DNA from: an uncultured Acidobacteriota bacterium
GTDB taxonomy: Bacteria > Acidobacteriota > UBA6911
Reading direction: 5' to 3'
NCBI GenBank assembly: GCA_963809485.1
Contig: CAWEJX010000004.1
Location: forward strand, 192,001-256,000
Length of the DNA stretch: 64,000 nt
Below, in pieces: positions 28,583 to 40,403 of the stretch. The position numbers and the translations under genes were made by a program. The number at the start of each line of letters is the position of its first letter. The first letter of the stretch is position 1. The notes below the pieces were generated by a model. That model was given only the letters and a program-made list of their open reading frames with translations. It was not told where the DNA came from and did not search any database.

Positions 28583-29829
28583 AGCGCGCGCACGACAAGC
28601 TCGCAGAAATCATGGTAGCCAAGCCCATTTTTTCGAGTCTCCGCAGCTTTTTGGAAGCTGGATTGGCAAAAGGGGCAGCTGGAGACTATGGCTTCTGCAC
28701 CCGTGGAAGCGGCTTCTTCAATTCTTTCGCCGGCTGTCCAAAGCGCAAATTCCGGGAACGCGGCGGGCACGCCTCCTCCGCCCCCGCAACAGAACGCGTT
28801 TTCCTCGTTCCGGGTCATCTCGAGCAACTCGATGCCGGGAATCGAGCGCAGAACCTGGCGCGGCGCGTCGTAGACGCCATACGTTCCCCTGCGCCACTGC
28901 TTCGGAGGATCGTGATACCCGTACGGTTTGATTTCCCCGCTCCAGGGCACATACAGCTCCGAAAGCCTGCCGAGAAGGCACGGATCATGATAGGTCACCC
29001 GGATATCCGGAATCCTGCCCGGCCTTAGTCTGCCGTCCTGCAGCAGCCGGCTCACAACTTCGCTGATGTGCAACACTTCGAAATCCAGGCCGGCGAGTCT
29101 CGGATAAAAGCCCTTGAAGGTTCCATAGCACTCGGCGCAGCTTGTAATCAGTGTCTTTATCCCCAGCTTTTTTATTGCTTCCAGGTTATGCCCGGCCAGT
29201 TGTGCAGCGGCCTGTCTTTGTCCGGTCCGCCACAGCGGCGCGCCGCAGCAGTATTCTTCCGCGTACAACAGAGTGAAATCGATTCCGGCGGCGCTCAGGA
29301 TCTTTACTGTGTCGCGGGCGATGCCGGGGTATAGATAGGAGGCGGTGCAGCCGGCGAAATAGGCTGTCTGCGCTCCCTCGGATACCCGCAAACCCTCGGG
29401 CACCCAGTCGAATCGTTCTTTATGCGCCAGTCCATAGATGTTGTGACTGCCGGCGGCATGCACGGCCTGCTCCCTGTGCTGCGGCATCGGTCCCCGGCCG
29501 TCCTCAACGCACTTCGCCCTGAGAGCAAGGATTGTGTCCAGGACTTCCATGTCGCGGACCGATTTGCAGTTGATATCGCAGGCGCCGCAGGTTGTGCACG
29601 CATAAATATGCGCCAGAAGATCCTCTTCATACTCGAGGGTCCCTTCCAGAAGCTCCTGTGCGATATTAATAAGCCCCTGCCCGGAATAGGAATCGAACTT
29701 ATATCTCTGGTATATGGGGCAAACCTCCGAGTATTCCCAGCCTTTCATTTTGGGGCCCAGGATAAAACGGCACTGGCCGCAGTGATTGCAGGATTCCATG
29801 GTGTATTTATAGTCGCCCAGCGTATCCAT
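28579..29829 (-). CDS. (Fe-S)-binding CCG-domain protein (GlcF/HdrD-like)
   Basis: CNHCGQC..CP, CTTCGACDINC, CCG, SCAEC, YHDPC, CCGGGGG, SCPFC. Confidence 0.92.
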   Translation of the reverse strand: MDTLGDYKYTMESCNHCGQCRFILGPKMKGWEYSEVCPIYQRYKFDSYSGQGLINIAQELLEGTLEYEEDLLAHIYACTTCGACDINCKSVRDMEVLDTILALRAKCVEDGRGPMPQHREQAVHAAGSHNIYGLAHKERFDWVPEGLRVSEGAQTAYFAGCTASYLYPGIARDTVKILSAAGIDFTLLYAEEYCCGAPLWRTGQRQAAAQLAGHNLEAIKKLGIKTLITSCAECYGTFKGFYPRLAGLDFEVLHISEVVSRLLQDGRLRPGRIPDIRVTYHDPCLLGRLSELYVPWSGEIKPYGYHDPPKQWRRGTYGVYDAPRQVLRSIPGIELLEMTRNEENAFCCGGGGGVPAAFPEFALWTAGERIEEAASTGAEAIVSSCPFCQSSFQKAAETRKNGLGYHDFCELVVRAL

Positions 29830-29839
29830 ATCTCATTTC

Positions 29840-31358
29840 CTAAAAACAGAGTTTGCCCGGATTCAGGATGTTGTTCGGATCGAAGATGCCTTTCAGCTTT
29901 CTCAGCGCTGTCGCACTTCCGGTATATCGCGCGTAGACCATTTCCGCCCACGGCCCGTACGGCCGGCTGAAAAATGCGCCGTTCTCCATCAGGGATTCCG
30001 AGGCATCCATGAACAGATTCCTGACTTCAGCCGTTTCGTCGGGATTGGACCTGTCGCAGGGCAAACTGAACTCGCAATGGCATCCCCTGCCCTGAACCAT
30101 GGGTTGGACATAAGCGCCTATATCTTCGCCCGGATACCGGTATTTAGCGGCGATCGTTTCCATAAGACGGATGAAGCCTGGAGCTTTACTTAAGGTTGTC
30201 AGAAAAAACAGGTCATGGCACGAACCCTTGCGACGGAGTTTCCAGTACGGTTCTTTTTCCCATGGACCCGACAGTAGTTCGAGAAGAGCATCTTCCTTCC
30301 CCTCCGCTCCGGGCAGCGTAGCCTGTGAGCTTCAATCCAAGTTCCCGGCAGATTTCCTTAAAATACCTTTCCTGGATATTCAGCCTTTCGTCCGCCCTCC
30401 TCTCATACCCGGCGACGCAAACAATAATGGTCCAGGGAGGCAGCTTTTTTTTCAGCTCGCCGTAATCCGAAGGCCAGTTCTCAGCCAGCACAGAAGCCAG
30501 GTTCACGTTGTTCAAGCCCAGGCATTCATCGACGACTCTGCGCTTCAACAGACGGATCATGGGCGCTGCCAGGTCATCGACGTTTGCTATGGGTATAAAA
30601 TAGATCTTCTGCAGGGAAGGCAATACTTCGGCTTTGGTGGTTGCCCAGGTGACCAGGCCCATGGTCCCCTGGGCCCCGGACACGAACCTGCAATAATCAG
30701 TCTGCCCTGGGCCCCAAGGGTCCACCTTGTCGGACTTGAGCGTCTCCAGAGGTCCGGGGCCTGATGCCGAGCCGGTTCTCAAATCATCCCCTGTTCCATA
30801 AACTATCTCCAGGGTCAGAAGCGGATCCAAATAGTCAAACTGATACTTAGGTATGAGGGTCGGTTCCCTTTCCAGGCGGCTGGCAACCACGGATTTGGAG
30901 GCTCGCGGCAGGAAAGGCATGCTGAGCCTCAGCCCTTGTTTCTTCAGTTCCGGAAGAAGCTGTCCAAAGGTCACGCCCGGCTGAACCGTGGCACAGCGGT
31001 TTAGGGAGTCTATTTTGACAATCCTGTTCATCCTGCTGAAGTCCACAATTACACCGCCCTGGACCGGCACGGTGCCGCCGTGAAACCTGGGCGGGCCTGA
31101 GCTGACCGGCACCAGCGGCATCCTGCTTTTATTGGCCAGCCTGACTATTTCCTGCACCTCCTCCCTGCTCTCCGGATACACGAGAAGCAGCGGAGCGCCC
31201 CCGGCGACGAAGCTGCAGTCTTCGGAATATCCCGCAAGAGCAGCCGGATCGCTGACAATTCTCCCGGCCTGGACAATCCCGGTCAGTGAGTCCTTGAATG
31301 CGGCCGCATCGGCAGCAGCTTTGTTTCTCGTCGCGATGTCGTTCTCATCAAAACTCAT
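29840..31358 (-). CDS. FAD-binding oxidoreductase, frameshift near 30315
   Basis: PLVPVSSGPPRFHG, DFSRMNRI, WGPGQTD, GAQGTMG; C-terminus GAFFSRPYG..LKGIFDPNNILNPGKL in ORF 29840-30163. Confidence 0.88.
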
Positions 31359-31839
31359 GGGCTTGCTCCATCCTATATCCACCGGGAATTTACAATCGGG
31401 TCCGGATAAAACCCGGAGATTCATTCCCGCAAGCGGGGTGGATCCGCGATTCTGCAAAGGCACAATTGACGCCTATAGTACACCGGCATCCGCTTATGCG
31501 CACTATTTTCAGACACTCCATTCCCAGGGGGACTGTTCCCGACGCCCTATGGATTATTGAGTCCGACAAAATGAGGAGTGCTGATTTCTCAAACACAGCT
31601 TGCAGCTGTTTGTTGCTAATTGCATTGCCGCAGTGATTTGCACCCTTTATACTCAACCAAACGGACGCAATGGAGACTCCTGGCTCATGGCAGATGGGGC
31701 GGATCTTGTGCGAAATGCTTCCCCCGTTGGCTTTTGCCGACGCAAACATTAGAAGATGCCTGAGCAAACATTGGCTGAAACATGGCATCCGTAACCTGGC
31801 AACATGAACGGAGCCCTCGGTTCCGGGAGGCAAGACAGA

Positions 31840-32934
31840 ATGCAGGCTGACAGCGAAATCTATGACAGGCTGGAGCATAAATACCACCTTGCAGGTGACA
31901 AACATTTTCGTGAAATACTCGAGACACTCATGACGCCCGATGAAGGAGCCATAATTCTTGAACTGTCCGTTCCCATGACTCCTGGCGAATTGGCAGCCAG
32001 GATGAATGCGGATGAGCGAAAAATCGGCTCCAAATTAGACAACATGGCCCGCAGAGGTTTGTTGTTCCGTGGCAAGAAGCAATACGTTGCCTGGGGCAAT
32101 GCCCATCAACTAAACGTCCGGGTAATGTTCAGTTCGGACGAGAACACTCCTCCCAGGTATCTTGAGCTTCGAAAAACGGATATGCGCTATGAGGAATCGC
32201 CCTATGCGGAGATAAATTTCTGGCTAAAGATATATGAAAATACCGGAAAGCCCTTGATCCGGGTGATCCCATCCCGCCTGGCAATTCTGGCTAACCCCAA
32301 TATCAAGGCAGAGGAAGTCTTGTGGTATGAGGACATGGCAGAGCTGCTCAAGCGGGCCGATGTTATAGGTGTTGTCGATTGTGATTGTCGCCGCATCCAT
32401 CAAAAATGCGATAAGCCGCTATTTACGTGCATGCACTTCGGAAAGGAGATCATCGAATACGAAACCGGCAGGGGCGGTCGGATGAAGGTGATTTCCTATG
32501 AAGAAGCCCTGGCGATTTCGGACAATGCAGAGAGGGCAGGCCTCGTTCACAACACACCCGGCAATAGTGCCTCTCTGTCCGGTGTGATCTGTCATTGCTG
32601 CAACGATTGCTGTTCAACCTTCGAACCCGCCCTGCATTCCGGAAAGATGAATCAGGTCGCTGACCCCAGCCGATACAGGCCTCGAGTGGAACCCGATCTC
32701 TGCCAGGGCTGCCGACAATGCGTTCAGCGGTGTCCGTTTGGCGCCATTGAAATGGATGCGATTCCAAATTCCAAAAAGTCCAGGGCGAAAATCATTGTTG
32801 AAAAATGCCTGGGATGCGGCGCTTGCGTACTTGGCTGCAAACAGACGGCCCTAACATTCGAAATCGTGAGACCGCCCGAATTTATTCCAGCTAAACCCGT
32901 GTTGCCTTTGGGCGATGGAATGAAGATTCTATAA
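31840..32934 (+). CDS. 4Fe-4S binding protein with N-terminal wHTH-like segment
   Basis: CDCRR, AERAGLVH, ICHCCNDCC, CQGCRQCVQRCP, CLGCGACVLGC; GGAGG RBS. Confidence 0.88.
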   Translation: MQADSEIYDRLEHKYHLAGDKHFREILETLMTPDEGAIILELSVPMTPGELAARMNADERKIGSKLDNMARRGLLFRGKKQYVAWGNAHQLNVRVMFSSDENTPPRYLELRKTDMRYEESPYAEINFWLKIYENTGKPLIRVIPSRLAILANPNIKAEEVLWYEDMAELLKRADVIGVVDCDCRRIHQKCDKPLFTCMHFGKEIIEYETGRGGRMKVISYEEALAISDNAERAGLVHNTPGNSASLSGVICHCCNDCCSTFEPALHSGKMNQVADPSRYRPRVEPDLCQGCRQCVQRCPFGAIEMDAIPNSKKSRAKIIVEKCLGCGACVLGCKQTALTFEIVRPPEFIPAKPVLPLGDGMKIL

Positions 32935-33124
32935 TCCGGGCTGTTTTGCCCGATCAAAGGTTGGGCCGCTAACCGGATAAGGACAAGATAGGTTGCAAGC
33001 CGCCCGGATTGAGAATAGTATCGTCTTCATGTCACAGCTGCAGCAAAGGTCGCGCCTTGCAATCTTTACAAAAACCGGAACGAGGATTTTGAATGAATGA
33101 AACCTGGCCGGGATAGGAGGTCCT

Positions 33125-34342
33125 ATGAAGCGCAAGTCATCACGCAGGACGTTCCTGCAGGCGGGATTGATGCTGCCCGCCGCCGAACTCATCTCTTCAC
33201 ACGGCCTGGAAGCGGCCCCTCAGGCGCCCGGCGAAATTGTCTATAGAACTCTGGGCAAGACAGGGCTGAAACCCTCCGGCGTCGGGTACGGCCTGGGACA
33301 ATACCCCGATCCCGATATCATTGCGCGTTGCATTGAATTGGGCGTCAACTATTTCGATACAGGACGTATCTATGGGGGAGGCCACAGTGAGCGGATCTTC
33401 GGCATTTCCATCAAGGGTAAGCGGGACAAAGTCCTGATCTCCACTAAAAGCAGCGAAGCGACCCGGGAAGGTGTTTTAAAAGACATCGACACCAGCCTGC
33501 AAACGCTCGGCACTGATCACGTCGACGTCTACCTCCTGCACGGCAGGGATACACCAGAAAGAGCACCCGAAGAAGCCATTGAAGCTTTGCGGATGATCAA
33601 GAAGCAGGGAAAAGCCCGGGCTATCGGTCTCAGTACGCACGACCCCAACAATATGGTGGATTACATTATTAAATGTAATCTGGACGTCGTGCAAACCTCC
33701 TATAGCTATGTGATCGGCGGAGTTTACAGGGATGCGGCCATAAAAAAACTGCACGATGCCGGCGTCGGCGTGGTGGCCATGAAGCCGGTCATAGGCTTGA
33801 CCAATGCGCCCAGGGAAATGGGCCCCATGCCGGATTACTTTAATGAAAGGATGCTGAAAGCCTACGGCTTCACAACACCACCAAGGGATTTTTCCTATCA
33901 ACCCCCATTGAAAGCAGGGGAGGAGACCGGTATTGCGGCACTCAGGTGGGTCCTTCGAAATCCCGGGATCAGCACCACGGTTCCGCACCATGAGAGCGTC
34001 CATGAGCTCGAGATGAATATCCGGGCTATGACGGGATCGTACACTCCGGCCGACGAGAAGCTTTTGTATGTGCGGAAAGAAGAAAACAGCCCGCTTTATT
34101 GCCGCATGTGCTATCAGTGCAAAGGCCAATGCCCGAAGGGCGTTCCTGTGACGGACGAATTGCGGTTCCTGGCCTACAACGACTTCGGCCGCAGCCTTCA
34201 ACAGGCGCGCCTCAGCTTCATGGAATTGCCCAGGGAGGTCCGTAACCTGCGCTGCAGCGACTGTTCCTCGTGCGTCATTCAATGTCCGAACGGCGTCATG
34301 GTCCGGGAACGCCTGATCCGCGCCCAGGAGCTTCTGGCGTAG
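33125..34342 (+). CDS. Aldo/keto reductase with Tat motif and C-terminal Fe-S domain
   Basis: SRRTFL; YRTLGKTG, YFDTGRIY, STK, LLHG; YCRMCYQC..CP and CSDCSSC..CP. Confidence 0.92.
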   Translation: MKRKSSRRTFLQAGLMLPAAELISSHGLEAAPQAPGEIVYRTLGKTGLKPSGVGYGLGQYPDPDIIARCIELGVNYFDTGRIYGGGHSERIFGISIKGKRDKVLISTKSSEATREGVLKDIDTSLQTLGTDHVDVYLLHGRDTPERAPEEAIEALRMIKKQGKARAIGLSTHDPNNMVDYIIKCNLDVVQTSYSYVIGGVYRDAAIKKLHDAGVGVVAMKPVIGLTNAPREMGPMPDYFNERMLKAYGFTTPPRDFSYQPPLKAGEETGIAALRWVLRNPGISTTVPHHESVHELEMNIRAMTGSYTPADEKLLYVRKEENSPLYCRMCYQCKGQCPKGVPVTDELRFLAYNDFGRSLQQARLSFMELPREVRNLRCSDCSSCVIQCPNGVMVRERLIRAQELLA

Positions 34343-34377
34343 CCCTGCATTTCCTCGCAGGTCCCAGCCCGGCTGGT

Positions 34378-34452
34378 AATGCTGATAAACGCTGATTCCC
34401 CCAAAAAGTCTTTTCAGCGTTCGTCAGCGGATGTCGGCGTAAGTCAGCGTTT
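34378..34452 (+). repeat. TCAGCGT-array element copy (both arms)
   Basis: aatgctgataaacgctga..tcagcgttcgtcagcggatgtcggcgtaagtcagcgtt. Confidence 0.8.
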
Positions 34453-34503
34453 TTTAGGGCGGTGGGTGAATACCAGCTTTTGGATTCAGAAAGAAGGAGC
34501 TAT

Positions 34504-34941
34504 ATGCCCGATACCAAATTCGGAAAATATTTCACCACGGATGTGCTCAAGGAAAGCCCCAAGTTCCCGGGGCTGTGGGACTGCTCATCGACGCGGCATC
34601 TGAAAGGATTCGGGGGAGGACATCTCTCCGTGGACTGCATCTTCATCACCAGGCCGTTTGTTATGGTCAGCCAGCCGCACCGGCATGAATTCCCCCAGTA
34701 TCTTCATTTCTTTTCCGCAACCCAGGACGACCAGAAGATCTTTGACGCCGAGATCGAGATGACCCTGGGCGAGGACGAAATCCACGGGGAAAAGCACATC
34801 ATTACCCGGCCCACAGCGCTTTATATCCCGGCCGGCATTTTCCACGGCCCGCTGAATTTCAAGGTCATCAACAAGCCCGTGGTTTTTGTAGACATCGCCC
34901 TCGCCGGTGAATACAAGAGGGTAAGCAATACACCCGATTGA
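34504..34941 (+). CDS. Cupin-like hypothetical protein
   Basis: PHRHEF..AEIE..GE..HIIT..YIPAGIFHGPLNF; AAGGAG RBS. Confidence 0.75.
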   Translation: MPDTKFGKYFTTDVLKESPKFPGLWDCSSTRHLKGFGGGHLSVDCIFITRPFVMVSQPHRHEFPQYLHFFSATQDDQKIFDAEIEMTLGEDEIHGEKHIITRPTALYIPAGIFHGPLNFKVINKPVVFVDIALAGEYKRVSNTPD

Positions 34942-34944
34942 GTT

Positions 34945-35042
34945 GTCAGCCTTCATCAGCGCTTTTGTCAGCGTACGTCCGCGTGATAAAATTCGGCGTC
35001 TGCCAAGCTCCATGAGTTCCCCAGCAAAGCTGGGGGTTTGCC
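34945..35042 (+). repeat. TCAGCGT-array copy with hairpin-end tail
   Basis: gtcagccttcatcagcgcttttgtcagcgtacgtccgcgt, then atgagttccccagcaaagctgggggtttgcc matching 46187-46216. Confidence 0.82.
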
Positions 35043-35050
35043 GACATATT

Positions 35051-35975
35051 ATGGAAATCGTTTCCCCGCAGAGTGCGATTATCACCAACATTCAGGGCTT
35101 TTCCATTCATGATGGACCGGGGATTCGAACGGTGGTCTTCTTCAAGGGTTGTCCGCTGTCGTGCAAATGGTGCGCGAATCCCGAATGCCTGTCGGGAAAG
35201 CCCCAGATGGGTTTTATTGAAACCCTCTGCGCAGATTGCGGCAAGTGCCTGGAAATCTGCACAAACAACGCCATTCGTCGCGGCGAGGGCGAGCACCGTA
35301 TCGATTATTCCCGCTGCACATGCCTGCGGCAATTGCAGGGATCATTGCTACTACGGCGCCCTGGTCCGATATGGCGAATCCATGACCGTTGCCGAGGTTT
35401 GGGATGCCGTCAGGCGCGACAAGATGTTTTACGATAATTCCGGCGGCGGGGTGACGGTTTCGGGAGGAGAGCCATTGCTCTGGTCGAAATTCGTCCGGGA
35501 ACTGTTTGAGCTGAGCCATCAGGAGCGAATCGATACCTGCATGGAAACATGCGGATTGGCCGATCCGGAGGCGTTGCTCGATGTCATTCCGGTGACGGAT
35601 CACTTTCTGTTTGATCTGAAACACATGGATTCGGACATCCACAAAAAGTACACCGGACAGTCCAACGGTCAAATTCTGAAAAATGCCGCGCTGGTCCTGG
35701 AGCGCGGGGCGGACGTGGTCTTCCGCCAGCCGCTTATCCCAGGGATAAACGATTCCATCGCGAATATCGAGGCGACCGCCGGATTTTTGACCAGCCTCGG
35801 CAAAAATGCTGCAAGGCTTCAGCTTATGCCTTACCATCGAATGGGTCAGAGCAAGTACAAGGCGCTCAATATACCGTGCATAATGGAAGAATCGGGCATT
35901 GCAGATGACGAGCAGGTAGAGGCAGTCAAGAAGGCCTATATCGACCGTGGCATAGACTGCACGATTTCACGGTAA
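35051..35975 (+). CDS. Glycyl-radical enzyme activating protein with ferredoxin insert; +1 frameshift near 35321
   Basis: FSIHDGPGIRTVVFFKGCPLSCKWCANPE, CADCGKC, GGGVTVSGGEP, FDLKHMD, LIPGIND, MPYH. Confidence 0.93.
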
Positions 35976-35995
35976 CATGAATATTGAGGCACAAA

Positions 35996-38445
35996 ATGGT
36001 TGAAATAAACAAGCAACTCCTCAGTCGGATCGATGCGCTGCAACTCAGCGAACGCAATCAGCAATGGAAGCAGGCCATGAAAGCATCCGGCTGGAAGCTG
36101 TTCGCCGACAGGGAAAAATGGACGGTAGCCTCCTGGCGTGAAACAGAGGGGGAGGACATCCAGATACGCCGCGCCAAGCTCTTTAAGAAGATCGTCGAGA
36201 ATATCGAGATCCGCATTCACGATTTCGACGTGATTGTGGGCCGTCTGACACCCGGCGTCATAGGATGTGCGACATCGTTCGATGTTTGCGGCGACTATAT
36301 CCCCGACATCTGGAAGGACACGGCCGAGCTCAATATCACGATGGACGCCAATGTCGGCATGGATCCCGAAAGCATCGAGATTCTGCGCGACAGCGCTCGG
36401 GAATTTCGCGGCAAGACGGCGCCCGAGATGACCTATAAGGCGTGGGAAGCGGTTGTCGGTTCGTGGATAAAGGATGCAGAGGCGGCGAAGCTGAAGGATC
36501 CCACTCTGGATAGCGGGATATTCGGGCAAACCACATCCGTGCTGATGTGGAAAAAGATCCTCGGCAAGGGCCTCCGGAGTTTCATCCAGGAAGCCCAGGA
36601 GCATATTGATGCGTTTATCGCAAACCGCGAGACCAATATCGACAAGCTTTACTTCTGGAAATCCGCCATCATTGTCTGCGAAGCGGCGATCCATCATGCG
36701 CGCAGATATGCCGCTCTTGCAAGAGAAATGGCTGAAGCGGAAACGCGTCCGGACCGCAAAGCCGAGCTGCTTCAAATTGCGGACGCTTGCGAACACGTGC
36801 CCGAAAATCCGGCCCGGACCTTCCACGAAGCCCTTCAGTCCATGGCCATTGTCGGCGTGTGCAAGAACTACGAGCATCCGATGCACAACAATCCGCAGTG
36901 GGGACGCGGCGACCAGTATCTGTATCCCTACTTTATCCAGGACATCAACAACGGCACCCTCACGCTGGAAAAAGCCGCCGAACTGCTGGCAGAACTCATA
37001 GGCCGTTGGGGCACTCAGACTTTTGTCGCTTCCGAAAGCACTCAAGGAGTCTCATCAGATCAATTTCGGAATCAATAACATCATGATCGGCGGAGTGGAC
37101 AGGAACGGGAGCCGACTGTTCAAACGAATTAAGTTATCTTTTCCTGCACGTCATCGGGCTCCTGCAGCTGTCGTCTCCGACCCTGGGACTGCGCTGGAAC
37201 AAGGCTACGCCCCATTGGCTGATGAACAAAGCCATCCGCACCAACATGGCCACAAAGGGAGGCATCCCTCTTTTTGAGAATGATGAAGTCGTGATTTCGC
37301 ATTTCCTGGAAGACGGAATTCCCATGGATGAAGCCGCGGAGTGGTGCGGTTTGGGTTGCGTGTATCCCTGCCTGCCTTCGAGAGCAGAGCATTACGGCGC
37401 CGAAGGCGTGGCTGCCTGCAACATGGCTGCCATGCTTCATCTGGTCCTTCACAACGGCGTGGATGTGAACGGCAAGCGCACGGGATTGGAAACGGGCGAT
37501 CCGAAAGAGTTTAAAAGCTTTGATGAGCTATACGACGCTTTGATGAAGCAGCACAGGTTCATCACCCATCGCACTTTCTGGCTGGCCGCCATCGCTCGAA
37601 AGGAACAGTCCAAACACGTAAGGCTGCCCTTTTTGTCGACCATGGGCATTCAGACATGCATGGACTCTGGGACAGGATCTGCTTGATTCCGGATCCTGAC
37701 TCCTGCATGTTCGGCATTTCCGACAGAGCCATTATCGATGTCGCCGATTCTCTTATGGCCGTAAAGAAGCTGGTATTTGATGAAAAGAAACTGACCATGG
37801 ACGAGCTTCTCAAGGCGCTGGACAGCAACTTTGACGGCAAGCGCGGCGAAGAAATCCGGCAGATGTGCCTGGCACAACCCAAATTCGGCAATGACATCGA
37901 TGAGGTGGATCTGCTTGCCAAAAAGATCAGCGAAGATTCCTATCAAATCATCCGCAGCTACGACAACTCGCCTTTCCGCAACTACATGATCGCGAGAGAA
38001 GGTCTTGCCTGGCACTATTTCGGCGGACTCGGAGTGGGCGCTTTGCCTAACGGAAGGAAGGCTTTCGAACCGCTCAACGACGGCTCTGTGTCCCCGATGA
38101 GAGGCGCCGACAAGAACGGGCCGACCGCCGTGCTTCGCTCCGCGATCAAGGCGGGATTCAAAGAGTCCCATGCCTCGGTCCTGAATCAAAAATTTTCCGC
38201 TGCAATGCTTCGGAGCAATGAAAGCATCGACAAGCTTGTGGCCTACACCAATGCATTCATGCCGAACGGCGGTTCGCATATTCAATACAACATGGTGGAC
38301 ACGCAATGAATTGAGGGATGCCAAGATTCACCCCGAAAACCACCGCGACCTCATCGTTCGCATCGGGGGATTCAGCGCTTACTTCACGCAGCTGTCTCCC
38401 GGCATTCAGGACGATGTCATCAACAGGAACGAGCACAGCCTGTAA
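35996..38445 (+). CDS. Glycyl radical enzyme of unknown specificity; ~4 apparent +1 frameshifts (~37040, ~37110, ~37670, ~38307)
   Basis: SWRETEGE, PARTFHEALQ, GRGDQYLYPY, GCVYP Cys loop, PKFGND, GALPNGR, HIQYN, DLIVRIGGFSAYF glycyl loop. Confidence 0.9.
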
Positions 38446-38555
38446 TCCGGCAGTTTACGGATGAATCACTCCGGCCCGCAGCGTTGTGGAAAAGTCTACC
38501 CGCGCTCCGACTGAAGGCGCTTGAGAAGAGCCTGGTTTGGAAGCCGGTTTGGATC

Positions 38556-38596
38556 TCAGCGTTCATCGGCGCTTTTATCAGCGTATATCGGCGTTA
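38556..38596 (+). repeat. TCAGCGT-array element copy
   Basis: tcagcgttcatcggcgcttttatcagcgtatatcggcgtta. Confidence 0.8.
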
Positions 38597-38724
38597 CAAG
38601 ATCCTATAGCCCTCAGATTCTTAGGAATACTCAGCAGCTCCAGCGGATCGCCGAGCCGGCAATTCGGGCTGGCTGGTGCATTCGTCGGATTGGCCGCAAG
38701 TCCACAGCTCTCACAGGAAGAAAC

Positions 38725-39999
38725 TTACTTTTTCGCTTTTATGTCGTAGCACCAGAGCATGTTGAGATCGCGGATATACAATTTGCCGTCCGCTATTACG
38801 GGATAAGCCCAGGCTTTTTCCATGGGGTTGCCATGCTTGGGTTGGTCGGGCGGCGTGAAACGTCCGCGTTCTCGGTACGCCTCAGGCGACGCCTCGATGA
38901 GCGCCATCTCCCCTTCTTCGCCGTGCAGATACAAAAGCCCGTCGGCGAAAATCATCGAGGCGGGAGCAATGCTGCGTTCACTCCATTTGACCTGGCCGCT
39001 CTTAAAATCGACGCACAGGACTGCCGTCTGGCTGCTGCCGTACAGGTAGTCGCCCACAAGCACTGTGCCCCCGATCGCGGTAGGAAGCTTAGGATCGAAG
39101 TATGCTTCCTCGGCCGTGACGGATCCCTGCGAGGCTTTGAGTCTTACGGCTCCGCCACCGACGCGGTTTGCTCCGCCGTATACATACCCGCCGCCGGCAA
39201 CCGGCGTCTGGATGCTCATTCCCAATGCGCCCTTGTTCTTTTCATAGCTCCATAGGAGCTTCCCGGTCTTTGCCTCCACGCCCACAAGCCCGTTTGAGGT
39301 ATAGGCGATGTACTGCTTGATGCCGCCGGTGTTATCGATGATGATCGACGCGTAACCGGCCATTTCGCCGGCGGGGAGGGCGGATTTCCAGATTACTTCC
39401 CCATTCCGCTTGTTGAGGGCGACGATGGTTGCATCCTTGCCTCCGGGCGTACACGCCAGCACGTCGCCATCCACCAGGGGCGACTCGGCATAAGCCCAGG
39501 TTGGCGGAAGTCCGTTGAAGTCGCTGCGTAGGGATTTATGCCAGCGCACCTTTCCGGTGGCCGATTCCAGGCAGACAAGATCGCCGTCCGAACCGAGGGC
39601 GTAAAGAACCGCTCCATCCACCGTGGGCGTGGATCTGGCTGCGGGGAAATTGGGTTTCTGGTCCGGATTGCCGACCTTGCCGATGCGGGTGGACCAGAGC
39701 TTCTTGCCGTCTTTCACGTCCAGGGCTTCGACAAACTCGTCCTCCAGCCCTCTGTTACTCATGATGTAAATGCGTCCGCCGGCTATGGACGGTGTGGCAT
39801 AGCCGCTTCCCAGGTCGTTGATCTGCCAGAGAAGCTTCGGCCCTTCGCTGGGCCACTCTTTCAGCAGCCCTGTTTCACGGGAATGGCCGTCCCGGTTCAC
39901 CCCGCGCCACTGCGGCCAGTCATATGCCCAAGCCAGGGCCGCCGACAATAGAAGCACTGAGAGCACCAACCAACCCTTGCTCCGATTGAAATTGCCCAT
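38725..39999 (-). CDS. PQQ-like beta-propeller secreted protein
   Basis: Signal peptide, DWPQWRG..RDG, repeated xxGKxxW blades, WAYPVIADGKLYIRD. Confidence 0.92.
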   Translation of the reverse strand: MGNFNRSKGWLVLSVLLLSAALAWAYDWPQWRGVNRDGHSRETGLLKEWPSEGPKLLWQINDLGSGYATPSIAGGRIYIMSNRGLEDEFVEALDVKDGKKLWSTRIGKVGNPDQKPNFPAARSTPTVDGAVLYALGSDGDLVCLESATGKVRWHKSLRSDFNGLPPTWAYAESPLVDGDVLACTPGGKDATIVALNKRNGEVIWKSALPAGEMAGYASIIIDNTGGIKQYIAYTSNGLVGVEAKTGKLLWSYEKNKGALGMSIQTPVAGGGYVYGGANRVGGGAVRLKASQGSVTAEEAYFDPKLPTAIGGTVLVGDYLYGSSQTAVLCVDFKSGQVKWSERSIAPASMIFADGLLYLHGEEGEMALIEASPEAYRERGRFTPPDQPKHGNPMEKAWAYPVIADGKLYIRDLNMLWCYDIKAKK

Positions 40000-40174
40000 G
40001 ATTCTTTCTCCTATTTCATTGCATCCTGCGACCTGCCGAGGAGGATGCGCACCTTTTGGGTCCGCCGATAATGCCAGGAGTCTGCACTTTTGCACATGCT
40101 TTCCCGGATTTCCCTTTCGCCAAAGCTTAGACGTTAGGAACAATCTCGATTTCGGATTCAATTATAAGCCTGTA

Positions 40175-40403
40175 TTTGATCCACAAGACGATCTCGTCGC
40201 ATTTTTGGAATGCGGCCGCTCGCCTTGACCTCTCCGTCCATGACCGGCCCTGGTGTCGCCATTATGCCGTACTTGATGATTTAATCAATTGTCTCGGCTT
40301 TTTCCAGATCGGCTTTCACCCCAGACGCGGCAATCGCCTTTTCTGGTTCGGCATTTGGCTTTATGCATTGGGGGCACCCTGTACCCGGGACTTTGATTTT
40401 CAT
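40175..40403 (-). pseudogene. Decayed MTH895/TM0996-type small thioredoxin (absent from ORF track)
   Basis: MKIKVPGTGCPQCIK..EKAIAASGVKADLEKAETID*IIKYGIMATPGPVMDGEVKASGRIP. Confidence 0.75.

Noticed and set aside
490-38310. About a dozen frameshifts in the M16 peptidase, tannase, FAD oxidoreductase, activase and GRE as programmed frameshifting or true pseudogenes
   Set aside because: Those I traced are single extra bases with no slippery motif and no accompanying nonsense codons, which fits long-read insertion error. Read mapping would decide.
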